DNA of 64,000 nucleotides from Candidatus Peregrinibacteria bacterium Greene0416_19 (GTDB lineage: Bacteria; Patescibacteriota; Gracilibacteria; Peribacterales; Peribacteraceae). The stretch lies in the NCBI GenBank assembly GCA_007375735.1, contig VMEW01000001.1, forward strand, positions 11,831 through 75,830, written 5' to 3'. Shown one piece after another: positions 24,170 to 34,163 of the stretch. A program made the translations under genes and the position numbers. Position 1 is the first letter of the stretch; each line of letters starts with the position of its first letter. The notes beneath the pieces are model-generated. The model was not told the origin of the DNA. It saw nothing but the letters and a program-made list of their open reading frames with translations, and ran no database searches.

Positions 24170-24445
24170 CTAGTAGAACCATTTCGCTCCCAGCGTTGCG
24201 CTTGTCCAGTACATGAAGCCAGTCATGACTCCCGTGAGGACGGCGCGGAGCTGTCGCATGTCGTAGGATCTGTTCCAGGTGGCGCCCAGTCCATTGAAGA
24301 TCGCCACCCAGGCGATCACCGTTGGATGTGAGATCCAGGAACGGGCCCAATCCAGCTGGCTGCCGCAGGCGATGAAGAGCAGACCGCCCAACAGCCCGAG
24401 TGCCATCATTCCGCACAACACCTTCCATTCTCTCGAGCGATTCAT
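24170..24445 (-). CDS. small membrane protein (hypothetical)
   Basis: 91 aa with 2-3 TM helices and GC-rich third positions. AAGGAG Shine-Dalgarno 6 nt upstream of ATG 24445. Confidence 0.6.
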   Translation of the reverse strand: MNRSREWKVLCGMMALGLLGGLLFIACGSQLDWARSWISHPTVIAWVAIFNGLGATWNRSYDMRQLRAVLTGVMTGFMYWTSATLGAKWFY

Positions 24446-24567
24446 CGTTATCTCCTTTCACGACAGTGAAATGATCAGAACGCGCATGCATCTAAATATC
24501 AAATTTACAATGTTCTGTCAATATGCGAAGCGGGATCGGGAGACTAGCGGAAGCTAGGATCTTCTGG

Positions 24568-25707
24568 ATGAAGATTCTTCTTGCTACAGGCATCTACCCG
24601 CCCGACATCGGCGGGCCGGCGACGTACGTGGAGCGGCTGGGGCGGGAGCTGTGCCAGAGGGGGATGCGGGTGGTGGTGGTGACCTACTCGGCAAAGGACG
24701 ATGGACAGGGGACCCCACTTCACACTTCGGGCTTCGAGGGGCAGGCGACGGACGACGGAGTGGAAATCGTGAGCGTGGCGAAATCCGGAGGTCCGCTCCT
24801 GCGGTGGAATCGGTACACGAAGGCATTGAAGGAGCATGGGGCCGATGCCGACCTTATCTACGTATTCTCCACGGTGAGCGCGGGGGTGCCGCTCGCGATG
24901 GCGGGGCTGAAAAAGCCTGTGCAGATCCTCCGGTTGGGGGGTGACTTCCTGTGGGAGCGGTACACGGGGCTTGGTGGCAAGATGTCGCTTAGGGCCTTCT
25001 ACGGCCGGTACGTGAGACTGCGGCATCTGCTGCAGTGGGTGCTGCGGCAGTTCGATCATATCGTCTTCTCCACCGAGTTTCAGCAGCGGATCTACGAACG
25101 CGCGTACCGGAGCCTGCCGGCACGGTCAGTGATCCAGAATGCGCTGCCCGAGGGGGAGCCCATGATGCACCAGCGCCATGAGCCGTTACGGATGCTCTTC
25201 CTGGGCCGGTTTGTAGGATTCAAGAACCTCCAGCGGCTCCTGCGGGCGGCACGGCTGTTGCCGCACGTTTCGCTCACGCTCATCGGCGCAGGCCCGCTCC
25301 AGAAGAGCCTGCAGCAGACGGTCGACAAGCTCGGTCTTGGGGGGCGGGTTTCCTTTCGTGCATCCGTGCACGGTGCAGACAAGCAGCAGGCGCTGCAGGA
25401 CCACGACCTGCTCGTGTTGCCCTCGTTCACCGAAATCAGTCCCCACGCAGCCATCGAAGCCCGTGCGGCGGGACTGCCGGTGCTCCTGACCGAGGAGACG
25501 GGACTCTCCACCGAGCTCACCGAAGGGATGAGCGTCCGCCCGCTCAAGACGGTCACCGACATCACCCGCGCGGTGCTGGAAGTGGAGCAGAACTACGAGG
25601 CGATTGCGCAGGCCGCCGCCGCGCCGTTCCGGTACCGGAGGACGTGGGAGGAGCTGGTTGCGGAGCACATGATGCTCTTCGGGGAACTGCTTTCGGGGCA
25701 ACGATGA
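24568..25707 (+). CDS. GT4 glycosyltransferase
   Basis: MKILLATGIYPPDIGGPATYV N-terminus and LPSFTEISPHAAIEARAAGLPVL. ATG 24568 lies 7 nt after TAGGAT 24555-24560. Confidence 0.85.
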   Translation: MKILLATGIYPPDIGGPATYVERLGRELCQRGMRVVVVTYSAKDDGQGTPLHTSGFEGQATDDGVEIVSVAKSGGPLLRWNRYTKALKEHGADADLIYVFSTVSAGVPLAMAGLKKPVQILRLGGDFLWERYTGLGGKMSLRAFYGRYVRLRHLLQWVLRQFDHIVFSTEFQQRIYERAYRSLPARSVIQNALPEGEPMMHQRHEPLRMLFLGRFVGFKNLQRLLRAARLLPHVSLTLIGAGPLQKSLQQTVDKLGLGGRVSFRASVHGADKQQALQDHDLLVLPSFTEISPHAAIEARAAGLPVLLTEETGLSTELTEGMSVRPLKTVTDITRAVLEVEQNYEAIAQAAAAPFRYRRTWEELVAEHMMLFGELLSGQR

Positions 25708-25718
25708 GTGGTGAGTGA

Positions 25719-25997
25719 TCAGCGATCAACAGTCACTTCAACATCTGGCGTGACATCGTCGTTGGTCTCATCAGCAAACCGCTCTGTTGCATCCGGCTGC
25801 CCACTCAGTTCGGGATGCTCTTTGAGCAACTCAGCGATGTGAGAAGAGACAAACGGTCGTCCGACGCTCTGCAGCCGCCTCATCACTTCGAGTGAGCTTT
25901 TTGCGATTTCGTGCTCAAACGCACGCTGTTCCTCGGGAGTGCGCTGCACAAAGTCTTCAGGCCTGAATGCTCGCTTTGATTTCATGTTCACGCGCAT
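25719..25997 (-). CDS. hypothetical protein
   Basis: 92-aa charged ORF in a lower-GC spacer. No family recognised. Confidence 0.4.
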   Translation of the reverse strand: MRVNMKSKRAFRPEDFVQRTPEEQRAFEHEIAKSSLEVMRRLQSVGRPFVSSHIAELLKEHPELSGQPDATERFADETNDDVTPDVEVTVDR

Positions 25998-26047
25998 GAA
26001 ATAGAGGGGGAAAGATTCATGTACTATACTCTGCTATTCTCCCTCTG

Positions 26048-27193
26048 ATGAAACTTCTGATGGTCTCCGGCGACCGATCGCTGATGGAAGGCAAAAAAAG
26101 CGCCTTCTGGTACACGCTGGAGGAGCTGCACAGGCACTGGGACAGGATTGATGTTATCTGTCCCCGTCCTGCCCTCACATTCCCTCTGCCGCGGCGTGGA
26201 GAAGGGAGTGGAGAGCCGGAGTTCCAGAATGTCTTTCTCCATCCGTCCCCGTGGGGACTCATACGCCAGCCTCGATGGATTCTGCAGAAAGGCCGCGAGC
26301 TCATCGTCGAACAGCATCACGATGTGATGACCGTGCATGAATATCCTCCTTTTTATAACGGACTGGGCGCCTCACGACTTCATCGTGCGACCGGCATTCC
26401 GTACGCGCTCGAAATTCATCACATCATCGGATATCCGGCGGCATCGTCGATGAGCGAATTCGTCGGGCACGTGTTGTCGCAGATCTATTTCCGGTATGGT
26501 GTTACACGGCCTGCCGCTGTGCGCGTGGTCAATGAGGAGGTGAAGGGTGTGCTCACGAGGTGGGGGGTCCCGGCAGAAAAGATTCATGTGGTACATTCGG
26601 CGTACCTCGATCATGCATTGCATGGGAGCCCGATAGTCCCGGAGAGCGACAAACAATATGATGTCGTGTTCGCCGGACGACTCGTCGCGAACAAAGGATT
26701 ACCAGAGGTCATCGATGCGATGTCCGGTCTTTCAGATGCAACATTGCTCATCATTGGGGATGGCCCTCTGCGCGCACAGGCGGAAGCCCGGGTGCGGGCC
26801 CTCGGGATGCAGAGCAGGGTGTCGTTCCGGGGGTGGCTGCCGGAGCAGCGGGATGTGGCGGAAGCCGTTCGATCGGCCAGGCTATTCGTGATGAACTCGA
26901 AGAGCGAAGGCGGGCCGCGGGTGGCGCTGGAGGCGATGGCGATGGGGATACCGGTGATTGTGACGCGGGTGGGGCTGATGCCGGAGGTGGTGCATGACGG
27001 GGTGAACGGTGTGTTCACCGATGGGACACCGGGGGATCTCCGGAAAAAGATTGAACATCTGTTGCATCATGAAAGTGTCAGGCAAGAGATTGGGATGGAG
27101 GCTCAGAAGATTCTTGAGAAATTTGAGAGGGTGCATTTGATTAAAGAATATGCGGAATTTTTAAAGGTTGTAGCTGGTTCTCACCGCGGGTAG
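26048..27193 (+). CDS. GT4 glycosyltransferase
   Basis: MNSKSEGGPRVALEAMAMGIPVIVTRVG. Its stop codon lies inside a REP (27184-27206). Confidence 0.85.
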   Translation: MKLLMVSGDRSLMEGKKSAFWYTLEELHRHWDRIDVICPRPALTFPLPRRGEGSGEPEFQNVFLHPSPWGLIRQPRWILQKGRELIVEQHHDVMTVHEYPPFYNGLGASRLHRATGIPYALEIHHIIGYPAASSMSEFVGHVLSQIYFRYGVTRPAAVRVVNEEVKGVLTRWGVPAEKIHVVHSAYLDHALHGSPIVPESDKQYDVVFAGRLVANKGLPEVIDAMSGLSDATLLIIGDGPLRAQAEARVRALGMQSRVSFRGWLPEQRDVAEAVRSARLFVMNSKSEGGPRVALEAMAMGIPVIVTRVGLMPEVVHDGVNGVFTDGTPGDLRKKIEHLLHHESVRQEIGMEAQKILEKFERVHLIKEYAEFLKVVAGSHRG

Positions 27194-27206
27194 AAAACCC
27201 GCTCTC
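27184..27206. repeat. solitary REP of the RAYT-associated family
   Basis: CCGCGGGTAGAAAACCCGCTCTC matches 50670-50691 and the reverse complement of 50157-50179. Confidence 0.85.
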
Positions 27207-27210
27207 GATT

Positions 27211-28224
27211 ATGCGATTATTGATTGTCACCCAAAAGGTTGATCGGAAGGATCCCATCCTGGGGTTCTTCCATCGGTGGATCGAGGAGTTCGCAAAGAAG
27301 TGCGAGCAGGTGACGGTGATCGGGCAGTTCGTTGGTGATCATCAGTTTCAGAAGCATGTACAGGTTCTATCGCTCGGGAAAGAGCGGGGGCTTCCGCGGT
27401 GGCGGCAAGTGTTCCGGTTTTGGAGAATTATCTGGTCGCAGCGGCGCTCGTACGATGCGGTGCTGGTGCATATGACGCCGATGTGGGTGGTGCTCGGCGC
27501 TCCTCTCTGGTGGATCGCCGGCAAACCGATGTATCAGTGGTACGAGGCGAGGGGGGGTGGATGGGTGCTCCGGATTGCAGAGAAATGCGTACAGAAGATT
27601 TTTTCGGCCAGCGCATTCGGCATGCCCTGGAAATCCGCCAAGCAAGTCGTGACCGGGCATGGCATCGATACGGAGATGTTTTCCCCCGGTTTGGATTCCC
27701 GCGATCCACAGCTAATTTGCTCGGTTGGTCGTATTACTGCATCAAAGAACGTAGATCGTCTTGTGGATGCTTTCACGAAGCTGGGTCGCTCGTACCAGTT
27801 TGTGATCGCAGGCGAAGCGATCCGACCGGATGATCAGAATCTGCTGAAGCAACTGCACGACACGTTCATTCATACGTCGGACGTGAAGCTCAATCTAGCA
27901 ATTGGAACCCGCTCTCAAGAGGAAGTTGTATCGCTACTTCAACGGGCGTCTCTTTTTCTTCATGCCTCGGCTACTGCGCTTGATAAGGCGCTCCTTGAGG
28001 CGATGGCATGTGAATGTCCTGTGATCTCCGCTGCCGAAGCCGCTTGCGGCGTGTTGCCGTCAGAGTGTGTGGCTACACTCGATACCCTGGTCGATCGTGC
28101 CAGGCACATGCTGGATCTCGATGAATCGGAGCGCATAAGAATCGGAAGGAAGTTGAGGATGACCGTCGTTGAAAACCACAGCCTTCCCCGGCTCATCGAC
28201 CGGTTGGTCCGGGAGATGCAATAG
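27211..28224 (+). CDS. GT4-like (GT-B) glycosyltransferase
   Basis: MRLLIVTQKVDRKDPILGFF N-terminus and LHASATALDKALLEAMACECPVISA. Confidence 0.8.
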   Translation: MRLLIVTQKVDRKDPILGFFHRWIEEFAKKCEQVTVIGQFVGDHQFQKHVQVLSLGKERGLPRWRQVFRFWRIIWSQRRSYDAVLVHMTPMWVVLGAPLWWIAGKPMYQWYEARGGGWVLRIAEKCVQKIFSASAFGMPWKSAKQVVTGHGIDTEMFSPGLDSRDPQLICSVGRITASKNVDRLVDAFTKLGRSYQFVIAGEAIRPDDQNLLKQLHDTFIHTSDVKLNLAIGTRSQEEVVSLLQRASLFLHASATALDKALLEAMACECPVISAAEAACGVLPSECVATLDTLVDRARHMLDLDESERIRIGRKLRMTVVENHSLPRLIDRLVREMQ

Positions 28225-28229
28225 CCGGG

Positions 28230-28973
28230 ATGACGAATCCCGGCTACCATCGGTGTGTGCCCTCCCCCAGGCTCACCATCGTCGTGCCCGTGTATAACGA
28301 AGAGCGGACGCTTGAGACGATCATCGATCGCATTTTCCAATCGTGCGGGGAGATTGCGAACGTCGTCTTCGTGGACGACGGATCGAAGGACCGGTCGCTC
28401 GAGATACTCAAGCGCCGGGCACGTCCGCAGGATACGGTTCTCACCAAGCCGAACGGCGGAAAAGGGTCGGCGGTGCGCATGGGGTACGCGCATGCCATCG
28501 GTGTCTACACCATCGTGCAGGATGCGGACCTGGAGTACGCACCGTCCGATATTCCGCCTCTGCTCGAACAGGCCGAGGCGCATCATCTCCCAGCCGTTTT
28601 TGGGTCCCGACGCCTGAAAAAGCAGAAGCAGTTCGTGCACCTCTCCACCTTCATCGGCGGCTCGATGCTCACGCACATCTGCAACATGCTCTACCGCACG
28701 CGCCTGACCGATCAGCCTACCTGCTACAAGATGGTGCGGACCGATATCATCAGGCGTCTTCCGCTCAAAGAGAACGATTTCCGGTTTGATCCGGAGCTGA
28801 CGGTACTGCTCGCACAGAACGGCATCCACATCAGAGAATTCCCGGTCTCTTATTCCCCCCGCACACGCAAGGAGGGCAAGAAAATCAACTGGAAAGACTG
28901 GTTTAAATGGGTGTGGGTGTTCGTGTCGCTGCGGTTCGCTCTCCGAACAAGATGGGCGCTGAGACAATCCTGA
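28230..28973 (+). CDS. GT2 glycosyltransferase, Dpm1/GtrB-like
   Basis: IVVPVYNEE, FVDDGSKDRS and VQDADLEYAPSDIPPLL motifs. Confidence 0.85.
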   Translation: MTNPGYHRCVPSPRLTIVVPVYNEERTLETIIDRIFQSCGEIANVVFVDDGSKDRSLEILKRRARPQDTVLTKPNGGKGSAVRMGYAHAIGVYTIVQDADLEYAPSDIPPLLEQAEAHHLPAVFGSRRLKKQKQFVHLSTFIGGSMLTHICNMLYRTRLTDQPTCYKMVRTDIIRRLPLKENDFRFDPELTVLLAQNGIHIREFPVSYSPRTRKEGKKINWKDWFKWVWVFVSLRFALRTRWALRQS

Positions 28974-28985
28974 TATGATCCATCG

Positions 28986-30365
28986 GTGCCTATCACCATG
29001 ATTCATCATCGGTGGTTTCCCTCAGGATTCGTTCTCGCATGTTGCGCCATTCTGATCGCGCTTTGGTTGCCGCTCATCCGGTATCCGGTGGTGAGCGACA
29101 CGTTGAATTACGCGCTGCTCGGTCAGAGCCTGTGGGAACACGGCACCTACATGCTCAACGGCGTGCCGTGGTCCAAGCATCTGCCGCTGCACGCCATCTT
29201 GTCGTATCCGCTCGTGAAGGTGTTTGGTTTGCATCTGGGGATGCACATCGCGAGCCTGCTCGGTGGCTTCGGCGTGCTGCTTGGAACGTACCTCGTCCTC
29301 CAGCGGACTGTGGGACGATCGGCTGCACTCCTGACAGTTCTGTTGGTTCTTCTTCATCCCGGCTTCGTGCTGATGTCCGCACTTGGATCTGCCGATCTGC
29401 TCTTCACAACTCTCCTGCTCCTCTCACTTGCGTTCTACCTGGAAGCGGATAAGGACGAGCGATGGTACGTGTTGGCTGGGCTCGCAGCCGGACTCGCGTG
29501 CCTCACCCGCTACAACGGCGCGCCGCTTTTTTTGCTCTTCCTTGGATACACATACTGGAAGCGCAGGGCGCATCTCCGCTCACACTGGTTCTGGTCCGGC
29601 ATAGTGCTCGGGTCCGCGGTCTTCAGTCTGTGGCTCGTCCGCAATATGGTGACGTTCGGCAACCCGCTCGCCTCCGGCTACCGTGATGAGCTGGCGCAGG
29701 AGGCGCCGAGCATCATCGGCCAGTTCCTCTCGAATGTCCTCTACTACGGGAATCCCGTCCACAACGTCTTTCCGTTCCTGTTCATCTTCGCCGCCGCGGG
29801 AGTGATCCTGCATGCCCGTCGACAGCCATTCCTGTTCCTCGCGATGCTCACAGCGTGGGTGGTGTCGGCGGTGTGGTGGGTGCAGGCGATCCGGTTCTTC
29901 TTCCCGGGATACCCGCTGCTCCAGGCATTCGCGGCACTTGCATTGCTTGATCTGTGGCGGAGGTGGAAGGCCATCCCATGGCTCATGGGGCTCGTCGCGG
30001 TTGTCGGGATGTCAGTCCAGGCATTCTCTTTGTGCATATACACCTATGGTGCCTGCAACGCATGGTTCGACCGGACCGTCGGTCTGCTGCCGGTGAACAT
30101 GGGGCTGACGTCTGAAGGGTTCTACGCTTGGGGACTCGCTCGCGATTATTTGAATGCGCACGCGCCGAAAGGGGCGACCGTCTACTATGAATTCATTGAA
30201 GATACCGGCGGGCATTTTCGTTCGGATTTCAGGATGACGTCGGATCAGAGCGATTGTGAGGCATATAGGATCACGCAGCGGCCGGAGGACAGTGAGGAGA
30301 TAGTGTTCCGGACGGAGGCAGCGCCGGTGACGTACGTGGTGGAGAGAGTATGCACCTCACCCTAA
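28986..30365 (+). CDS. GT-C glycosyltransferase (ArnT/PMT_2-like, GT39/83-type)
   Basis: 459 aa with ~11 TM helices and a first-loop acidic motif (VVSDTLNYALLGQSL). It directly follows a Dpm1-like GT2. Confidence 0.75.
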   Translation: MPITMIHHRWFPSGFVLACCAILIALWLPLIRYPVVSDTLNYALLGQSLWEHGTYMLNGVPWSKHLPLHAILSYPLVKVFGLHLGMHIASLLGGFGVLLGTYLVLQRTVGRSAALLTVLLVLLHPGFVLMSALGSADLLFTTLLLLSLAFYLEADKDERWYVLAGLAAGLACLTRYNGAPLFLLFLGYTYWKRRAHLRSHWFWSGIVLGSAVFSLWLVRNMVTFGNPLASGYRDELAQEAPSIIGQFLSNVLYYGNPVHNVFPFLFIFAAAGVILHARRQPFLFLAMLTAWVVSAVWWVQAIRFFFPGYPLLQAFAALALLDLWRRWKAIPWLMGLVAVVGMSVQAFSLCIYTYGACNAWFDRTVGLLPVNMGLTSEGFYAWGLARDYLNAHAPKGATVYYEFIEDTGGHFRSDFRMTSDQSDCEAYRITQRPEDSEEIVFRTEAAPVTYVVERVCTSP

Positions 30366-30560
30366 CCCTCTCCTCGCCTCGTCATGAACAAGATGAGTTT
30401 GTTCTTCATTACAGAGCTTTAGACAGAGGAGAGGGAATGTTTGTGTTTTGTATGGCTTGTGCAAAAAACATACACATCCCCTCTCCCTGCTCCGATTCAG
30501 TGAAAATAATATCTCTGCTGCCAGCTCCTGCATAAGCTGGGAGAGGGTTAGGGTGAGGTG
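30353..30560. mobile_element. MITE-like element with 21-bp perfect terminal inverted repeats
   Basis: CACCTCACCCTAACCCTCTCC (30353-30373) pairs with GGAGAGGGTTAGGGTGAGGTG (30540-30560). The interior is AT-richer and contains a second hairpin. The left TIR overlaps the stop of the GT-C gene. Confidence 0.65.
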
Positions 30561-30582
30561 GGTACAAGAACAACAAACAAAA

Positions 30583-31611
30583 CTACAATGCCTTATGCAA
30601 TCGTTCCCCCGCCTCATCAATCCACCCAAACGACCGGTACTCCGGCATGATCCTCTCTTTTTCTTTCCTCAACTTCTCCAACTCCATCCTCGATGGCAAC
30701 GACGGAAGCGGATAATCCTTTCCGGTGATTACCTTATGACATTCCTGAATGGTCCGTGCGGCGAGGAGGGCGGAAAATGTTCCGAACAGGATGTTGCCGC
30801 TCCAGGCCTTGTCCGGTGCCGACCGGAACCAGTCGAGCGTCTCGTCCGGTTTCTTGAAATACCTGAGCAGCATCACCGCGCCGCTCATGCCGCTGAAGCC
30901 GGTGATGTAGTCGGTCTCCTGTTCCTTCGGCACGATGAAACAGCGGTACCCTTTTTTCAGCAGGATCTCATTGGCCTTATCACCTGTGTCGTAGCGGCCG
31001 GGCGCCTTGCCGCTGTCGAAGGGATTCGCGTTCCCGTCGGCCGGTGCGAGTGAGAGTTTCTCCCAGTCGCAGAAAATCCCGCGATTGTACGCGATGCAGT
31101 AGCTGCTGCTCGGCCAGTGATGCTCCCCGCCAATCCTGAAGTGCCACCATGTGCGCGGGCGGAAGCTCACGCTCGCGGTCTTCGGCACTGCGAGTTCGCG
31201 CTCTACCAGATCGACCGCTTTCCCGCTCACGAAGAAGATATCGTCATCGCAGAGCCAGCCGATCCTCCGGTTGCGAGCGATGCGATACAAGAACTCATCG
31301 CTTTTCGTCGCGGCGTAGAAGTTCAGAAATTTCTGTACGCGCGCGCCCGGGAAATCTTTTGGGTTGAGTTCGCCAGAACAATCGAAGATGACAATGTCCA
31401 CACGATCACCCAGGTACTTCCGCGCGCAGTGGTGCCACACCGTCATCATCGGCGGCAGAATGTTCATGGTGAAGAGGGCGGGCTTTTCAGAAGGCGGCAG
31501 CTGGGGTCGGCGCAGGTAGTAGCCGAGCGTCGGAAGCAGCGTCCGGCGCGCGGTCGCGATGCTGAAGCCCTTGAAGAGCCGGGGGAGGAGGGCATGATAA
31601 GGATTTGCCAC
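30583..31611 (-). CDS. putative GT-A-fold glycosyltransferase, family not recognised
   Basis: 342 aa with a DDD motif (WLCDDDIFFV) after a Rossmann-like N-terminal half. GTG 31611 lies 6 nt after TATGAT (complement of 31618-31623). Confidence 0.55.
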   Translation of the reverse strand: MANPYHALLPRLFKGFSIATARRTLLPTLGYYLRRPQLPPSEKPALFTMNILPPMMTVWHHCARKYLGDRVDIVIFDCSGELNPKDFPGARVQKFLNFYAATKSDEFLYRIARNRRIGWLCDDDIFFVSGKAVDLVERELAVPKTASVSFRPRTWWHFRIGGEHHWPSSSYCIAYNRGIFCDWEKLSLAPADGNANPFDSGKAPGRYDTGDKANEILLKKGYRCFIVPKEQETDYITGFSGMSGAVMLLRYFKKPDETLDWFRSAPDKAWSGNILFGTFSALLAARTIQECHKVITGKDYPLPSLPSRMELEKLRKEKERIMPEYRSFGWIDEAGERLHKAL

Positions 31612-31758
31612 GGGAGCATCATACTTGTCGTCCCGCGCATACAGCTATGGGGAAAAAACAACACCTGCTCACCCGCCCGCCCCATTCTTCGCGCATTTTA
31701 TTTTCTTCTTGATTTAAGAAAATTCTATGTCTAGAATTGCGGACTATTCTCCATTTTT

Positions 31759-32079
31759 ATGCCTACACCTGAAGAAATCAGTTCCTTCTGTGGACATTGT
31801 GATCAAAAGAGACCGGATGGAACGTGCGACTTGGATAGAGGCCGTTCAACCGGCTCCGTTGTCGACATCGTTATTGGTACGCTCGTGAGACCCATCCTCG
31901 AAGAGATTGCATCAAGAGAAGGAGTTGCAACTCCTACCACAGCACAAAGGGATGTGCTTGCCTCCATGAGTGGAATGAAAAATCAAGAAAGATATGTGAT
32001 GCGTAATTGGTGTGGATGGGCTTCCGTCAATGGTCAGAGGGGAAATATGACCAAGGAAGGCTTTAAGCCAAAGGAATAG
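31759..32079 (+). CDS. hypothetical protein
   Basis: 106-aa ORF in a low-GC patch. TATTCT 31745-31750 lies 8 nt before the ATG. No family recognised. Confidence 0.4.
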   Translation: MPTPEEISSFCGHCDQKRPDGTCDLDRGRSTGSVVDIVIGTLVRPILEEIASREGVATPTTAQRDVLASMSGMKNQERYVMRNWCGWASVNGQRGNMTKEGFKPKE

Positions 32080-32085
32080 AGAAAT

Positions 32086-33279
32086 TCATCGCCCGGTCAG
32101 TACTGCGGACAAGATTCGGCGGACCTGCCCTTGGCGGGTGACACACCATTCGATTAGCATGAAATCGACGAATCCCGGTACCAGGATGAACCGCCAATCC
32201 AGCAGAAACCCCGGACGGTACTGCAGATAGAAATAGAACCATTGGAAGTGCAGCGTTGCCAGCACGATCGGAATCCACAGCGGGAACCGACGCAGCATCG
32301 GCAGGGCGGCGATGGTGAAGAGCAGAATCGATGCCTCCATGTAGAAGTGATCCATGTGATCGAGGAGCGCATTCATGCCGATCCCGATGATGGCACCCAG
32401 GAGCAGGCTCCGCATCAGTCGCCGGTCGGCTCCCGCCGTGTCTGGTGCGAGCATGGCGAAGAGTCCCAAGAATACGATAACCGGCGTCGTGTGCATCATA
32501 TTCCCCGGTCCCGTCAGTGCGGGATTCGGATAGTAGTAGTTGTGAACCGAGAAGAGGATCTGCAATCCATGTGCGATGTTCAGCAGGATCCTCGTCGGAC
32601 CCTGCAGCGCCCCGGCCTCACTCAGGTCCGCATGCGCACCCACGAAGATGCGGCCGGCTTGGACGTACTGGATCAGCAGATAGAGCGCGACGATTGCGCC
32701 TCCCATGAAGACCGCACGATGCCGCTCCCAGTTTTTTTCTTTCGATGGGTTCAGAACAAAGAGAAGCGGCAGCAGGACGATCGCGAAGGGCTTGGTGAGG
32801 ATCGCGAGCGCGAAGAGGATTCCCGTCAGCCACCAGCGTTTCGTCGTCGCAGACCAGATAGTCAGGAGCATCAGGAGCCAGTAGCCGGGACCGGTCCATC
32901 CTCTGAGAGAGACGAATGAAATGAACGGCATCAACGCGACGATCGAGGCGAGAACGATGCCGTGCCAGTCCTCTTTAAAGATCGATCGCCCGGCGAGGAA
33001 CCCCGCGAGTGGCAACAGGGCGGCGGCGATGAAGAGGCCGTAGATCTGCGCGATCGGCGATCGCGTGAACACGTAGATAATGAATCCGAATAGATCTGAG
33101 CCGTGGAAGCCGGGGATGGAGAGATCGAGTCGCCCGCCAGCGAGTGATTCGATGAAGCGCTGGTAGAGGAAGTGATCGTCCTGAGGACTCGGTGTCGCGC
33201 TCAAGAGCGAGATGCCGAGCACGATCGCAAGCGATCCGACGTAGATCCACGCGAGGAGCGATGCGGGACGTTCTTTCAT
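32086..33279 (-). CDS. polytopic membrane protein, GT-C-like
   Basis: About 10 TM helices. First loop carries DDHFLYQRF. The TKPFAIVLLPLLF segment resembles ArnT/DUF2029-type proteins. ATG 33279 lies 7 nt after TATCAT (complement of 33287-33292). Confidence 0.65.
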   Translation of the reverse strand: MKERPASLLAWIYVGSLAIVLGISLLSATPSPQDDHFLYQRFIESLAGGRLDLSIPGFHGSDLFGFIIYVFTRSPIAQIYGLFIAAALLPLAGFLAGRSIFKEDWHGIVLASIVALMPFISFVSLRGWTGPGYWLLMLLTIWSATTKRWWLTGILFALAILTKPFAIVLLPLLFVLNPSKEKNWERHRAVFMGGAIVALYLLIQYVQAGRIFVGAHADLSEAGALQGPTRILLNIAHGLQILFSVHNYYYPNPALTGPGNMMHTTPVIVFLGLFAMLAPDTAGADRRLMRSLLLGAIIGIGMNALLDHMDHFYMEASILLFTIAALPMLRRFPLWIPIVLATLHFQWFYFYLQYRPGFLLDWRFILVPGFVDFMLIEWCVTRQGQVRRILSAVLTGR

Positions 33280-33303
33280 CTGGTAAATGATACACCAACG
33301 AAA

Positions 33304-33329
33304 GACCCTCCCCCGCACGGGGGAGGGTC
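33304..33329 (-). terminator. G/C hairpin between co-directional genes
   Basis: 11-bp stem GACCCTCCCCC-GCAC-GGGGGAGGGTC, 21 nt after the upstream stop and just before the next -10 box. Same core as the CCCTCCCCC/GGGGGAGGG repeat family. Confidence 0.5.
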
Positions 33330-33349
33330 AAGTTGATCGGGAGCCGGCA

Positions 33350-34066
33350 TCATGCGGCGAAGGGATTTTTATGCTCCTTCATGAGCTTCTGCAGCCGATC
33401 GATTTCCTGTTCGACTGTCAGGCGGAGGCGGATCTTGCAGTCCGGGCACACGCGAAGGTGCTTCCGTCGTAGCTTGGGCAAGTCCAGTGCCCGGCAGAGC
33501 GCCGTAATTTCCCCCGCGTCCAGGCAACGGTGGAAACGTTCTGCATGGTGCTCGAGGAGCGCCAGGTCGTCCACGAACCGTTGAAGGATGTCATGCGGTA
33601 CCAGACGCTCGGTATCCAGCATTTCCTGGAGCTGCTGGCGCGGATTGTCCGTCGCGTAGTACATCACCCGCGCAAGCTCCGCGGCCGAGCTCAAGCCTCC
33701 ATGCTTGGCGAGAACCTTCTCTGCCAGGTCATAGAAGCGGGGTACCTCCCGGTCCTCGAGACCCTTCTTCCGGATGTACCCTTCGACCCGGAAGTCCATC
33801 CAGTCCGGATCGAATTCCGGCTTCGACTGAGTCACCGGCGGTGCCGCACTTTCAGTCGAATCCTCCCATGTCATAGCCAATTCCCTTACAGCGGATACCG
33901 CTTTCTTCTGTGCGGCTTCCTCGATGGTTACGAGAAAATCTTCATTGGTGCGCATCTTTCTTTCCGTAATCAATGTCCGGTGCTTTCGCCAGGCGGCGAA
34001 TAACGCTGCAACGAGCAGCAGGCCTGCGACCGCCGTCGCGCTACTAGTCAGCAAATTCCACTGCAT
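33350..34066 (-). CDS. membrane-anchored hypothetical protein
   Basis: ATG 34066 is preceded by GGAGG 9 nt upstream. One N-terminal TM helix (AVAGLLLVAALFAAW) followed by a charged soluble domain containing CPDC. No family recognised. Confidence 0.6.
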   Translation of the reverse strand: MQWNLLTSSATAVAGLLLVAALFAAWRKHRTLITERKMRTNEDFLVTIEEAAQKKAVSAVRELAMTWEDSTESAAPPVTQSKPEFDPDWMDFRVEGYIRKKGLEDREVPRFYDLAEKVLAKHGGLSSAAELARVMYYATDNPRQQLQEMLDTERLVPHDILQRFVDDLALLEHHAERFHRCLDAGEITALCRALDLPKLRRKHLRVCPDCKIRLRLTVEQEIDRLQKLMKEHKNPFAA

Positions 34067-34163
34067 ACGATTTTCCTCCGTCGGTTTGAAGGACCGAATC
34101 CCGATCTGAGAGCAGCGACAAGCCACTCATTTATTATTCTCGACTATCCTCAATATAAGTCAA

